This document shows, one piece after another, positions 49,446 to 59,385 of a stretch of 64,000 nucleotides of DNA (positions within the stretch are counted from its first letter, which is position 1; each line of letters opens with the position of its first letter). The notes under the pieces were generated by a model. The model was not told the DNA's origin, searched no databases, and saw nothing but the letters and a program-made list of their open reading frames with translations. The DNA is from Micavibrio sp. (GTDB lineage: Bacteria > Patescibacteriota > Minisyncoccia > Moranbacterales > GCA-2747515), in assembly GCA_020718085.1 (NCBI GenBank), contig DYDB01000001.1, positions 117,902 to 181,901 of the forward strand. The letters are read 5' to 3'. A program made the position numbers and the translations under genes.

Positions 49446-49784
49446 ATGAGAATAGAAAATGGAAAAATTGAGGGAGATTTAATAGTTGATACAGGTATAG
49501 ATTTGCGCGGAATGGTCACTGGTAATGTTTTTGTAACGAATGGTTCAAATTTTATACTGCACGGTCAGGTGTGTGGAGATTTGATAATTGAAGATGATGC
49601 TAATGTTATGATATTTGGGCAAGTCGTTGGAGACGTTATCAATAATGGGAATAAACTTGAAGTCATGGGAGTAATTTCTGGATCTCTGATAAACAACTCT
49701 AGAAAATCAAAAATAGCATCAAGCGCAAGTATCGGTAAATTTATCGAATATGACAAAAAAATTCAATCCATTTGTACCACATAG
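49446..49784 (+). CDS. Bactofilin-like / polymer-forming beta-helix protein
   Basis: Repeated G-x-(V/I)-x-G-(D/N) units. Confidence 0.65.
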   Translation: MRIENGKIEGDLIVDTGIDLRGMVTGNVFVTNGSNFILHGQVCGDLIIEDDANVMIFGQVVGDVINNGNKLEVMGVISGSLINNSRKSKIASSASIGKFIEYDKKIQSICTT

Positions 49785-51009
49785 TCCTGTTTATAATGAC
49801 ATGTTTGCTGGTAGAATGACGGAAATAGAACATATAGATAATGCATTATATCAAGCAAAGAAAGGAAATCCGACACATATAATGTTGACTGGCGAAAGAG
49901 GCATTGGTAAAACTTCTCTGCTTTTGTTAGCCAAATTCTTTGCAAATGGAGAAATTATTTATGATGATGCTTCGCATAATTTTCTGACTGTGCAAGTAAC
50001 GTTGACGAACAAAATGTCCATTGTTGATCTTGCTGTTTCTCTAAAAAAGAACATTAAACGTGAAATTGATAAACGAGATCCTGACAGCGCATTGATAAAA
50101 AAATGTTGGAATTATTTTTTAAAAATAGAAGCTTGTGGATTAGCTTTTAGGGGAGATAAAAGTGAGGAAACTACGTTTCAAAAAGATCAAGTAGTAGATG
50201 AATTTATATACGCATTAGTTGATACAGTAAAGAATGTCACGGGTGATTCATTAGCAACAGACATGGGATTGAAAAGTCCATTGGATGGCCTGGTGGTGTT
50301 AATTGATGAGGCAGATAATGCAAATGCGGATTTGGATCTCGGTGTATTTTTAAAGAAGGTTAACGAAACTCTTGTATCAGAGAGGTGTAATAATGTAATG
50401 TTTTTACTAGCAGGGTTGCCTAATCTACATGAGGTGTTAAGCAAAAGTCACGAATCATCTTTAAGATTATTTAAAAATTATAATTTGGATCCACTTACAA
50501 GAGCTGAGGTAACACAAGTAATGAAAAGTGGATTGAGCGAGTATTATGATGAGACTGGTGAAAAAGTTACAATTGATGACGATGCATTAAGACTCATATA
50601 TCTATATTCTGAAGGCTATCCTCATTTTGTCCAGCAAATTGGTCATTCAATATTTGAAAATTTAAAAGGAAATAAAATTATAGAAACTGATGTACGAAAA
50701 AGCTTTTTAGGAAAAAATGGTGCATTGAAACTTATTGGTGATCGATATTATTATAAGATTTTTTACATTGATATAAAAACAGATGTTCAGAGAAAAATAT
50801 TATCGATTATGGCAGAAAATTGGGATGAATGGGTGGATAGAGATTTTATTAAAAGGCGTTACAAAGGTAAAGTGGCAACATTAGATAGTGGATTAAAATC
50901 ACTGAGAGAAAAAAATATCATCTTATCTCGCAAAGGTAAGAGGGGTCAGTATAGGTTACAATGGGCAAGCTTTGCTTTTTGGATAAAAAAACATAAAGAA
51001 ATGCAGTAA
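49750..51009 (+). CDS. P-loop ATPase, AAA_16/STAND-like, with C-terminal wHTH
   Basis: NPF..FAGR, GERGIGKT, LIDEAD, GYPHFVQ. Confidence 0.85.
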   Translation: MTKKFNPFVPHSPVYNDMFAGRMTEIEHIDNALYQAKKGNPTHIMLTGERGIGKTSLLLLAKFFANGEIIYDDASHNFLTVQVTLTNKMSIVDLAVSLKKNIKREIDKRDPDSALIKKCWNYFLKIEACGLAFRGDKSEETTFQKDQVVDEFIYALVDTVKNVTGDSLATDMGLKSPLDGLVVLIDEADNANADLDLGVFLKKVNETLVSERCNNVMFLLAGLPNLHEVLSKSHESSLRLFKNYNLDPLTRAEVTQVMKSGLSEYYDETGEKVTIDDDALRLIYLYSEGYPHFVQQIGHSIFENLKGNKIIETDVRKSFLGKNGALKLIGDRYYYKIFYIDIKTDVQRKILSIMAENWDEWVDRDFIKRRYKGKVATLDSGLKSLREKNIILSRKGKRGQYRLQWASFAFWIKKHKEMQ

Positions 51010-51275
51010 GTAAAAATCTTGCATTTTTCCTTCATTCGAATACTATATTAGTCATAATTATATAGTATGTTTTACAATCCTAATAAGTTATGCGAAGAAG
51101 CACTTATCGATATATTCCAGATAATGAAGTAAATTCGAAAAGTGCAACAATTAAAGCAGAAAAATAAATTCTGTTTTCTTATTCGTGATTATGAATATAG
51201 CTATTTGAAGAAAAATTAAACTCTTCTTCAAAACAAAAAAACGTTCCGAAAGGATAGGTTGATAGGATTCGAACT

Positions 51276-51866
51276 CTATGAAATCTTCTCACGATTGTTA
51301 ATCGCACTACGAATTGTCATGTCGTCTGCATATTCAATATCCGAGCCTGTGGCGAGTCCACGCACAAGTCGTGAAATGTGAATATCTTTATTTGCACGCA
51401 CGAACATATCTTGTAAATACATTGCTGTCAGATCTCCTTCTGTGGTGAAATTGGTCGCGATAATGATCTCTGTGAAACCATTTTGTAGCACTCTCTTGAG
51501 AAGTGGTTCGATTGAGAGGTGATGCGTGTCCTGTTTTTTGATCGTGCCACCGAGGACGTGATACATGCCATTGTATGCACGAGATCGTTCGATCGGGAGA
51601 ATGTCCAACGATTCTTCCACAATGCATAACTGCGTATGATCACGCGAAGAATCTGCACAGATCTTGCATTGGTCACTTTCAGCGATATTGAAACACGTTT
51701 TGCATGATGTGATGTCTTTGATGCGGAGCAGGTCACGTGCAAAATCATCTATGCGATCTGAACTGTTTTTGTACAGATGAAGCACGAGTCGTTCCGCCAT
51801 TTTGGGACCGATGCCTGGGAGACTGTTGAAATGATCGATCAATTTTTGAAATGATGAGGGGTACAT
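51276..51866 (-). CDS. recR: Recombination mediator RecR
   Basis: LPGIGPKMAERL, C4 zinc finger, YHVLGG, TOPRIM, IEYAD. Confidence 0.96.
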   Translation of the reverse strand: MYPSSFQKLIDHFNSLPGIGPKMAERLVLHLYKNSSDRIDDFARDLLRIKDITSCKTCFNIAESDQCKICADSSRDHTQLCIVEESLDILPIERSRAYNGMYHVLGGTIKKQDTHHLSIEPLLKRVLQNGFTEIIIATNFTTEGDLTAMYLQDMFVRANKDIHISRLVRGLATGSDIEYADDMTIRSAINNREKIS

Positions 51867-51910
51867 TTTTATTAATGAATAATTAATAATGAAAAATGAT
51901 ATTTACATGT

Positions 51911-51939
51911 GAGATCTTTCGACTTCGCTCAAGATGACA
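51911..51939. repeat. Single GTCAT-type REP arm
   Basis: Reverse complement nearly identical to 45503-45530. Confidence 0.75.
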
Positions 51940-51986
51940 CGCTCTTTTGTAAACTGTAAATTGAGAATTGAAAATTATTGCACATG

Positions 51987-53336
51987 TTATTCGTGGTGTT
52001 GCATCATGTGGTGTTTTTCGAGACTTTTGTATGATGCGGCTTCTTCGTGGAAGTAGAGTTGTTTGGAACCTACTGGGCCGTTACGGTGTTTAGCGATGAT
52101 GATCTCTGCAACCCCTTTATTTTCTGTGTCGGGATTGACGCGGTCTTCACGATAGATGAACATAACCACGTCAGCATCCTGCTCGATGGATCCGGATTCA
52201 CGAAGGTCGGAGAGTTTTGGACGTTGATCGGGACGTGATTCTACAGCACGGGACAACTGGGAGAGTGCAACGATTGGGATATTTAATTCTTTGGCGAGCA
52301 TTTTGAGACCGCGGGAAATTTCGGAGATCTCTTGTACGCGGTTTTCATTGCCTCTGCCTTCCATAAGCTGGAGGTAGTCGATGATGATGAGTCCCAGATT
52401 ATGTTCTGCCTGGAGACGACGTGCCATTGTGCGCATTTCCATGATATTGGCACTTGAGGTGTCATCGATGAAGATCGGTGCTTCGGACAGTGTGCCCATT
52501 GCTTCGTTGATTTTGGTAAAATCAGAATCCTTGAGATTGCCGGTGCGAAGTCGCCAGAGGTCGAGATTGGACTCAGCGGCGATCATACGATCGACCAACT
52601 GGTCCGCGGACATTTCCAGTGAGAAGATGCCCACAGGAATGCGTGCGAGCGTGCCTACTTGGCGTGCGATATCAAGCGCGAGCGATGTCTTACCGACAGA
52701 TGGACGGGCAGCGAGGATGATGAGATCGGATTTTTGCAGTCCGGAAAGAAGATCATCCAAATCAGGAAATCCCGTAGGTACACCGCGCATGACGCCTTTA
52801 TTTTTATGTAGATCATCCAAACGATCAAATGCCTCACCCAAAATTGTTTTGATGGAGGTGAATTCTTGCTTGAGTGATTTTTGAGAAACGCTGAAGATCT
52901 TTTGTTCCGCATCATCCAAAACCTTTTCAATATCTTCCGCTTCATTGTAGCCAAGTTCATTGATCTCTGACGCAACGCCGATGAGACGTCGCAATACGGA
53001 TTTTTTTTGAATGATCTTTGCATAGTACGTGATATTGGATGCGCTAGTGACACCACGTACAAGAGAGGCGAGATAGGATGCACCACCGATCGACTCGATG
53101 CGCTTTGTTTCTTCGAGCGCATTGGAAAGACTGAGCACATCGATGGGATCATTGTGTTCGTAGAGTTTGAGCATCGCATCATAAATGACATTGTGGGCTT
53201 CTTTGTAAAAATCACCAACGCCAATCGTATCTGCAATTTTTGTGATCGCGTCTTTGTCGACCATGAGGGCGCCAAGAACGGTTTTTTCTGCTTCCATCGC
53301 ATGCGGGGGCATGCGTGTGTCTGTATTTTCTGCCAT
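51987..53336 (-). CDS. dnaB: Replicative DNA helicase DnaB
   Basis: AARPSVGKT, FSLEM, IDYLQL, LRESGSIEQDAD, KHRNGP. Confidence 0.98.
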   Translation of the reverse strand: MAENTDTRMPPHAMEAEKTVLGALMVDKDAITKIADTIGVGDFYKEAHNVIYDAMLKLYEHNDPIDVLSLSNALEETKRIESIGGASYLASLVRGVTSASNITYYAKIIQKKSVLRRLIGVASEINELGYNEAEDIEKVLDDAEQKIFSVSQKSLKQEFTSIKTILGEAFDRLDDLHKNKGVMRGVPTGFPDLDDLLSGLQKSDLIILAARPSVGKTSLALDIARQVGTLARIPVGIFSLEMSADQLVDRMIAAESNLDLWRLRTGNLKDSDFTKINEAMGTLSEAPIFIDDTSSANIMEMRTMARRLQAEHNLGLIIIDYLQLMEGRGNENRVQEISEISRGLKMLAKELNIPIVALSQLSRAVESRPDQRPKLSDLRESGSIEQDADVVMFIYREDRVNPDTENKGVAEIIIAKHRNGPVGSKQLYFHEEAASYKSLEKHHMMQHHE

Positions 53337-53580
53337 AGGGGAACGGTTTTATAAACTAGTGTATTTATTATAGCAGAAATACCCAGAAACCGTCTGTTCA
53401 CAACGTGTGTACAGAATGTGGGTATTTTTTTGGCTTAAATGGTCGATTTTTGGTCATTTTGCCATGAAGATATTGACAGAACTAGTACTTCATGATACAA
53501 TACACAGTCATCTTTATAAGAGTGATTTTCTTATGGAATTTTGCTATTATAAGATAAATTATTCATTAGTATATGTATAT

Positions 53581-54117
53581 ATGCAAAAAATGAACATTAT
53601 AGTTGCGATTTGTGCAGCTTTTATCGGTACAGTGATCGCTACACAGGTCCATGCGGCAACAATTGGAAATACTGTGTGGCATGATCGCAATGCAAACGGC
53701 GTACAAGATGCCGGAGAAGAAGGTATTGCAAATGTGCGCGTAAAACTCTACAACGGTGACGAAGTAGAGACAGATCGCACAAATTCTTCTGGGCGATATA
53801 AATTTGATGATCTTGAACCGGGACAATATACGATCGTTGTGGCACAAGAAACATTGCCAGCAGGTTGTCGTCCAACATATGATCGTGATGGAAATAAAAA
53901 TGGTGTGTACAGCGATAAATATCTTCATGAGGAAGACAAATTTACGCATGCAGACTTTGGGTACAAATGTACACAAGCAACAACATCACATGCACGTAAG
54001 ATCTCTCCTGCAACAGGTGCAGGCACTGTATCTGCGGTAATTGCAACAGCTGTTGCTGTAGCTATTGGTGCATATGTATATCGTCGTCGTACGATCAAAA
54101 ATATTCTACAAAAATAA
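53581..54117 (+). CDS. SdrD B-like domain surface protein with LPxTG-like sorting signal
   Basis: Signal peptide, IGNTVWHDRNANGVQDAGEEGI, SPATG plus TM plus RRR; promoter TTGACA-17-TACAAT at 53473. Confidence 0.85.
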   Translation: MQKMNIIVAICAAFIGTVIATQVHAATIGNTVWHDRNANGVQDAGEEGIANVRVKLYNGDEVETDRTNSSGRYKFDDLEPGQYTIVVAQETLPAGCRPTYDRDGNKNGVYSDKYLHEEDKFTHADFGYKCTQATTSHARKISPATGAGTVSAVIATAVAVAIGAYVYRRRTIKNILQK

Positions 54118-54225
54118 TTACACAGAGAACAAAAAATGCAACAAAAGACTTGCTATAATAGGCAAGTCTTTTGTATAGCACGCTTTATGATCATGGTGTA
54201 TAATTGAAAACACATGTTCGTTGAT

Positions 54226-54597
54226 ATTATTGGAAGTTCGTCGGATGACAGCTCTACGGAGAGGAAAGTCCGGACACCTGCACGCCTTTGGCGTGTATAA
54301 CGGTAGTGGGTAATACCCACCTAGAGTGATCTACGAGGTGCGAGCAGTGACGCATAGAACCGCAAGGTTGTATGACCCAGTTTCTCTTTGAGACGGGGAT
54401 ATGCTCATAGTAATATGAGAGTGAAACGGCTAAATCTTTACCAAGGTGCAAGATCGTGTCACGCACCCAAAAACACCAAAGTTTTTTGATGTTCTTGGGT
54501 GCGTGAAGAATCGCAAAGACGCATATGGCAACATAGGCGCAAGACAGATTGTCATCTTCAACGACAGAATCCGGCTTACAGATGATCTTCCAATAAT
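54226..54597 (+). ncRNA. rnpB: RNase P RNA
   Basis: GAGGAAAGTCC and ACAGAATCCGGCTTA P4 strands, GTGAAACGG, terminal P1 ATTATTGGAAG/CTTCCAATAAT. Confidence 0.95.
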
Positions 54598-54652
54598 GCA
54601 AATGAACAAGTATATATAATTATGATCGATATTTGATAGAATATTTATTTTT

Positions 54653-56077
54653 ATGAAAAAATCAGAATTACTTTTTAGTATCATGCAGGTATTCATGGAC
54701 TTCGCACTTCTCGTTTGTGGTGCGCTTGTGGCCTATAGATTACGTGACACGACACAGATCCAAAGTTTGATCAATAAGGAGGGTTTGTACAATGTATCAC
54801 TTGAACAATATGTACAACTCACCATACTGGTGGCGATCGTTGCTGTGATCGTTTATGCATTTGAGGGCTTGTACAATATACGTTCCACGAGACATTTTTG
54901 GCAGGAATCTTATGCGGTCTTCAAAGGATCGACGATCGTCATCGTGATGGTGATGATCGGGTTCTTCTTGCAACGTGAGTGGTTTTCTTCTCGATTTATC
55001 ATCGTTTCGGCGTGGGGATTGGCAATTGTTTTTGTATGTTTTGGTCGCGTATTTTTGCATGGATTGCAAAAATACTTTTTGGTATACAAGGGCATCGGTG
55101 TGCATCGCGTGCTTCTCGTGGGAGCAGGTGAAAAAATGAAATACATTTGCAGTGTGATCCGCGCACAGAAACATTTGGGTTATCGCATTGTGGACCATGT
55201 AGAGTACATCAATATTCCACAGATCAAGAGCATTCACAAGTTACAAGGCATTGATGAGGTGATCGTACATGAATCATCACTTCCGGATGATCTTTTGATC
55301 AAGCTGCATGACTTTTGTGAGATCAATAATATTACGTATAAATATATGCCGTCATCTTTGCAGGCGACGCGCTTTGAGATGTCCATGTTTGCCGGTGAAC
55401 CATTAATTGAACATTTGCATACACCGCTTGACGGATGGGGAAAGATCATCAAGAGAGTGATGGATATCATCATTTCCGGTGTACTTATCATATTCACGAG
55501 TCCGATCATGCTCATCTCCGCTCTTTTGGTAAAGCTGGAAAATGTGCATGCGCCGATCGTATTCAAAAATGCCCGTATCGGTGCCGATGGAAAAGAATTT
55601 AACGTCTACAAATTTCGTTATATGAAATGGCAGTGGTGTACAACAAAGAAAAATCCCGACTGGGAAAAGGCAATGGCTTATGAAAAAGAACTGATCGCAA
55701 AACGATCTGTGCGCGTAGGTCCGATTTACAAGATCAAAGATGATCCGCGAAAGTCATGGATCGGCAAATTTCTCGAGAGATTCTCACTTGATGAGTTCCC
55801 ACAATTTTTTAATGTATTTTTGGGTGATATGAGCTTGGTGGGACCGCGACCGCATCAAGGACGTGAAGTGGAAAAATATCGTGAATATCATCGTCGTCTC
55901 CTCACGATCAAGCCGGGTATTTCTGGTATGGCACAAATTTCCGGACGTAGTGATCTGAATTTTGAAGATGAATATCGATTGGATGTGTATTACATCGAAC
56001 ATTGGTCGATCCTTCTTGATCTCAAAATACTTCTCAAAACACCATTTGCTGTTTTGCGTTCACGCAACAATTCATAG
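54653..56077 (+). CDS. Polyprenyl-phosphate glycosylphosphotransferase (WcaJ/CpsE-like)
   Basis: IKRVMDI, YKFRYM, DDPR, SLDEFPQ, MSLVGPRP, KPGISG. Confidence 0.93.
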   Translation: MKKSELLFSIMQVFMDFALLVCGALVAYRLRDTTQIQSLINKEGLYNVSLEQYVQLTILVAIVAVIVYAFEGLYNIRSTRHFWQESYAVFKGSTIVIVMVMIGFFLQREWFSSRFIIVSAWGLAIVFVCFGRVFLHGLQKYFLVYKGIGVHRVLLVGAGEKMKYICSVIRAQKHLGYRIVDHVEYINIPQIKSIHKLQGIDEVIVHESSLPDDLLIKLHDFCEINNITYKYMPSSLQATRFEMSMFAGEPLIEHLHTPLDGWGKIIKRVMDIIISGVLIIFTSPIMLISALLVKLENVHAPIVFKNARIGADGKEFNVYKFRYMKWQWCTTKKNPDWEKAMAYEKELIAKRSVRVGPIYKIKDDPRKSWIGKFLERFSLDEFPQFFNVFLGDMSLVGPRPHQGREVEKYREYHRRLLTIKPGISGMAQISGRSDLNFEDEYRLDVYYIEHWSILLDLKILLKTPFAVLRSRNNS

Positions 56078-56112
56078 TATAATGGATGCATAATTATAAA
56101 TATGCATATTAT

Positions 56113-56457
56113 ATGAGATATGTTATCAAACTCCTTCTCGTTGCTGGATCATTACTGGTCGCTTCGCATTTTGTAGACGGAATCACAATTGATCGTTTTT
56201 GGCCAACGGCGATCATCGCTGCGCTTGTCCTTGGATTCTTGAATAGTGTGCTCAGGCCTATATTAAAGACCCTATCTTTGCCAATCAATGTGCTTACACT
56301 TGGTCTGTTTGGTTTTTTGATCAATATTTTTATATTTTGGCTTTTGACATTTGTACCGGGCGTTGCGATCGACGGTTTCATGGCGGCGATGTGGGGCGTG
56401 ATCATTGTGTCAATTATGGGATGGGTGATCGATATGGTTACGCAAAAGAAAGAATAA
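56113..56457 (+). CDS. YvlD / phage-holin-4 family membrane protein
   Basis: LRPILKTLSLPINVLTLGLF. Confidence 0.85.
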   Translation: MRYVIKLLLVAGSLLVASHFVDGITIDRFWPTAIIAALVLGFLNSVLRPILKTLSLPINVLTLGLFGFLINIFIFWLLTFVPGVAIDGFMAAMWGVIIVSIMGWVIDMVTQKKE

Positions 56458-56458
56458 C

Positions 56459-57577
56459 ATGAAAATTGCATTGGTACATGATTATCTCGTACAACACGGA
56501 GGCGCGGAAAAAGTGTTGGAATGTTTTTGTGAACTTTTTCCTACGGCGCCTGTTTTTACATTGATCTATGATCGTGATGCGATGGGCAAAACATTTGCAG
56601 ATCGTACGATCTACACATCGCGTTTGCAAAAAATACCTTTTGCACAAAAAAAACATCGTATCTTTCCACTTCTTATGCCTATGGCAATCGAGGAGTTTGA
56701 TCTATCGCAGTATGACATCGTCCTATCTGACTCTTCCAGTTTTGCAAAGGGTATTATCACGCGACCGGAAACCCTGCACGTGTCATATGTGCATACGCCG
56801 ATGCGTTATGCATGGGACGATTGTCAGAAATACACAACCGATTTCGGTTTCCCAAAAATAGTGGAGCGCATTGTGCCGTTCATGATGAATGTCGTACGTG
56901 TGTGGGATCGTGTGAGCAGTGATCGTGTCGACCAGTATATCGCAAATTCAAAATTCGTCTCGCGACGCATTAAAAAATATTACAATAAGGATGCGATAGT
57001 CATAAATCCTCCCGTGGATACAAAGAACTTTTATGTAGATCACGCCACGGAGCATGAGGAATACTACTTGATGGTGGGACGATTGATCGCATATAAAAGA
57101 CATGACATTGCCATTGAGGCATTTAATCGTTCCGGTTTACCGCTGAAGATCATCGGACGTGGACCGGAGTTGGCTGCTCTCAAGCGCATTGCCAAACCAA
57201 ATATTGAGTTTTTGGAACGTGTGGATGACAAAGCACTTGCACGGTATTATGCACACGCCAAGGCATTTATTTTTCCACAGGAAGAGGATTTCGGCATTGT
57301 TGCGATCGAAGCGATGGCCTCAGGCAGGCCGATCATTGCATACCATGGAGGAGATATTGTGGAAAATCTGGAAGAAGGGAAGACAGGAGTTTTCTTTTAC
57401 GAGCAAACACCGGAAGCTCTGATAGAAGCGGTAAAAAAAGCGGAGACATGTACTTTTGATAGGGATTATATCAGAAAGCACGCACTGCAATTTGACAGAG
57501 AAATTTTTAAGCGTACAATGAAAGACTACATTGGCGCTGCATATGAAAAGCATATGCAAAAAAGAGCACAATATTAA
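56459..57577 (+). CDS. Glycosyltransferase family 4
   Basis: ALVHDYL..GGAE, EEDFGIVAIEAMASG. Confidence 0.93.
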   Translation: MKIALVHDYLVQHGGAEKVLECFCELFPTAPVFTLIYDRDAMGKTFADRTIYTSRLQKIPFAQKKHRIFPLLMPMAIEEFDLSQYDIVLSDSSSFAKGIITRPETLHVSYVHTPMRYAWDDCQKYTTDFGFPKIVERIVPFMMNVVRVWDRVSSDRVDQYIANSKFVSRRIKKYYNKDAIVINPPVDTKNFYVDHATEHEEYYLMVGRLIAYKRHDIAIEAFNRSGLPLKIIGRGPELAALKRIAKPNIEFLERVDDKALARYYAHAKAFIFPQEEDFGIVAIEAMASGRPIIAYHGGDIVENLEEGKTGVFFYEQTPEALIEAVKKAETCTFDRDYIRKHALQFDREIFKRTMKDYIGAAYEKHMQKRAQY

Positions 57578-57588
57578 AAATAATATCT

Positions 57589-58170
57589 ATGGAATTATAT
57601 AATTTTTTTGACATTTTTTGTGTTCATAAGAAACTTTTTTGGGGCATTATCCTTGTAAGCGTTGTGTGTGGCGCTCTCTATTTTTTATTGCAAGAGCAGA
57701 ATTATAAGACATCATTGGTCCTCAATGTAACGCGTGATGTGTCAAATGTGCAGCAAAATGAATACACATATGATGATTTTTATCGCTTACAAGCAGATGA
57801 GCGCTTTGCCGATACGGTTGTGCAGTGGATCAAGTCTCCTTTTATAAGAGCGGAAATTAAAAATGTACAAGGTAAAATGACCGCCAAAAGACTCTCATCA
57901 CAAGTGATCGATGTGCGTTTTACGACGGCAACGCGTGCACATGCAGAAACTGTCGCTCATGATCTGATAGATGTGCTCAATCAAGAGTCGCATAAGTTAA
58001 ATGATAAGCAGGCGCAAGATCACTGGTTTATTATCCAAGGAAGCACACCGACCGTCACCGATGGTCGTTACACGCTGTTTTTTCTTACAGGGCTAAGCGG
58101 AGCGTTGGGATTTTTTGTGGCATTTTGGGCTGTGTTGTTGCGACATTATGTCAATGGATTTAGGAAATAA
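57589..58170 (+). CDS. Wzz/CapA-like chain-length regulator
   Basis: Two TMs flanking an extracellular domain, within the glycosyltransferase cluster. Confidence 0.65.
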   Translation: MELYNFFDIFCVHKKLFWGIILVSVVCGALYFLLQEQNYKTSLVLNVTRDVSNVQQNEYTYDDFYRLQADERFADTVVQWIKSPFIRAEIKNVQGKMTAKRLSSQVIDVRFTTATRAHAETVAHDLIDVLNQESHKLNDKQAQDHWFIIQGSTPTVTDGRYTLFFLTGLSGALGFFVAFWAVLLRHYVNGFRK

Positions 58171-58182
58171 GAATCGTGTGTT

Positions 58183-59337
58183 ATGAGAATAGGTATTGAT
58201 GTGCGTTGTTTCGCACGTGGCAAAACAACCGGTGTAGAAGGATACACACAAAAAATGTTGGCAACGCTCTTTCGTAATGATCCGCATAATGAATATGTGC
58301 TTTTTTTTAATGCTTTGAGACATAAGGATGTGGATTGGACATGGATTGATGAATTTTCGCATGTGTCACTCAAAACATTTGCCGTACCAAACAAATTGCT
58401 CAATCTGTCTTTTTGGTTATTACAATATCCAAAGGTCGATCGCTTGTGTGGCGGTGTAGACCTTTTTTTCATGCCAAATATCAATTTCATTGCACTGTCT
58501 TCGCATGTGCCATTGGTCCTCACGGTACATGACCTTTCCTTTGAACATTACAAAGAAACTTTTTCATTCAAGCGGCGGATGTGGCATTACTTTGTGAATC
58601 CTCGCAAGCTTGTTGCGCGTGCAGTGCATATTATTGCTGTGTCGGAATATACAAAGGAAGACATATGTAAAACGTATCAAAGAAAAACGGATACAGTCAC
58701 GGTGTTATTAAATGGTCTGACATCGATCATGGGGGATCTGGATCGCAATAGCATTGAGCTGATTAACGTAAAGGAAAAATATGAACTGCCATATAATTTT
58801 ATTTTATATTTTGGTACGATCGAGCCACGGAAGAACATCGGCGGATTGATTCGTGCATATACAATGTTGAGACAGACAGATGATACGATCACGCAACATC
58901 TTGTACTTGCCGGATCATGTGGATGGGGAAGAGGTGAGATTGATCAGGAGATCACAGCATCGCCTTTCTCTGCAGATATCCATATGATCACAGATATTCC
59001 GGAAGAAGACAAAGAGGCTTTTTACACCCTCTGTGCAGTTTTCGTATACCCTTCATTTTTCGAAGGATTTGGTTTTCCTCCTCTGGAAGCCGCGATGTGC
59101 AAAAAACCGGTGATCACATCTCACACATCAGCATTATCGGAAGTTGTGGGCGAACAGGCGATTATGATCGATCCGTTTCGTATAGAAGAGTTGATGGAAG
59201 CTATGCGAGCTGTGTTGACACAAAAAGATCTGGCAGAAAGAAGCGCACAAACGAATGAAACGGTTTTTTTGCGCAAGTTCAATTGGGAGCATAATGTGCA
59301 TGATTTTTTGCATATCGTGCACACATTGCAGGATTGA
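58183..59337 (+). CDS. Glycosyltransferase family 4
   Basis: MRIGID, EPRKN, EGFGFPPLEA. Confidence 0.93.
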   Translation: MRIGIDVRCFARGKTTGVEGYTQKMLATLFRNDPHNEYVLFFNALRHKDVDWTWIDEFSHVSLKTFAVPNKLLNLSFWLLQYPKVDRLCGGVDLFFMPNINFIALSSHVPLVLTVHDLSFEHYKETFSFKRRMWHYFVNPRKLVARAVHIIAVSEYTKEDICKTYQRKTDTVTVLLNGLTSIMGDLDRNSIELINVKEKYELPYNFILYFGTIEPRKNIGGLIRAYTMLRQTDDTITQHLVLAGSCGWGRGEIDQEITASPFSADIHMITDIPEEDKEAFYTLCAVFVYPSFFEGFGFPPLEAAMCKKPVITSHTSALSEVVGEQAIMIDPFRIEELMEAMRAVLTQKDLAERSAQTNETVFLRKFNWEHNVHDFLHIVHTLQD

Positions 59338-59385
59338 TCCCATCTCCTCCCATTTTTTCGCAAATTTTGTTATACTTAGAGGCAT

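Noticed and set aside
51251-51281. tRNA T-loop-like GTTCGAATCC on the minus strand at the recR stop
   Set aside because: No D-arm, anticodon arm or acceptor stem; it overlaps the recR end. Too short to call a tRNA or an att site.
53385-53450. DnaA-box-like 9-mers upstream of dnaB
   Set aside because: Each has two or more mismatches to TTATCCACA; insufficient for an oriC or a regulatory call.
56113-56457. Phage holin suggesting a prophage
   Set aside because: YvlD-type membrane proteins are common chromosomal genes, and no phage genes are nearby.
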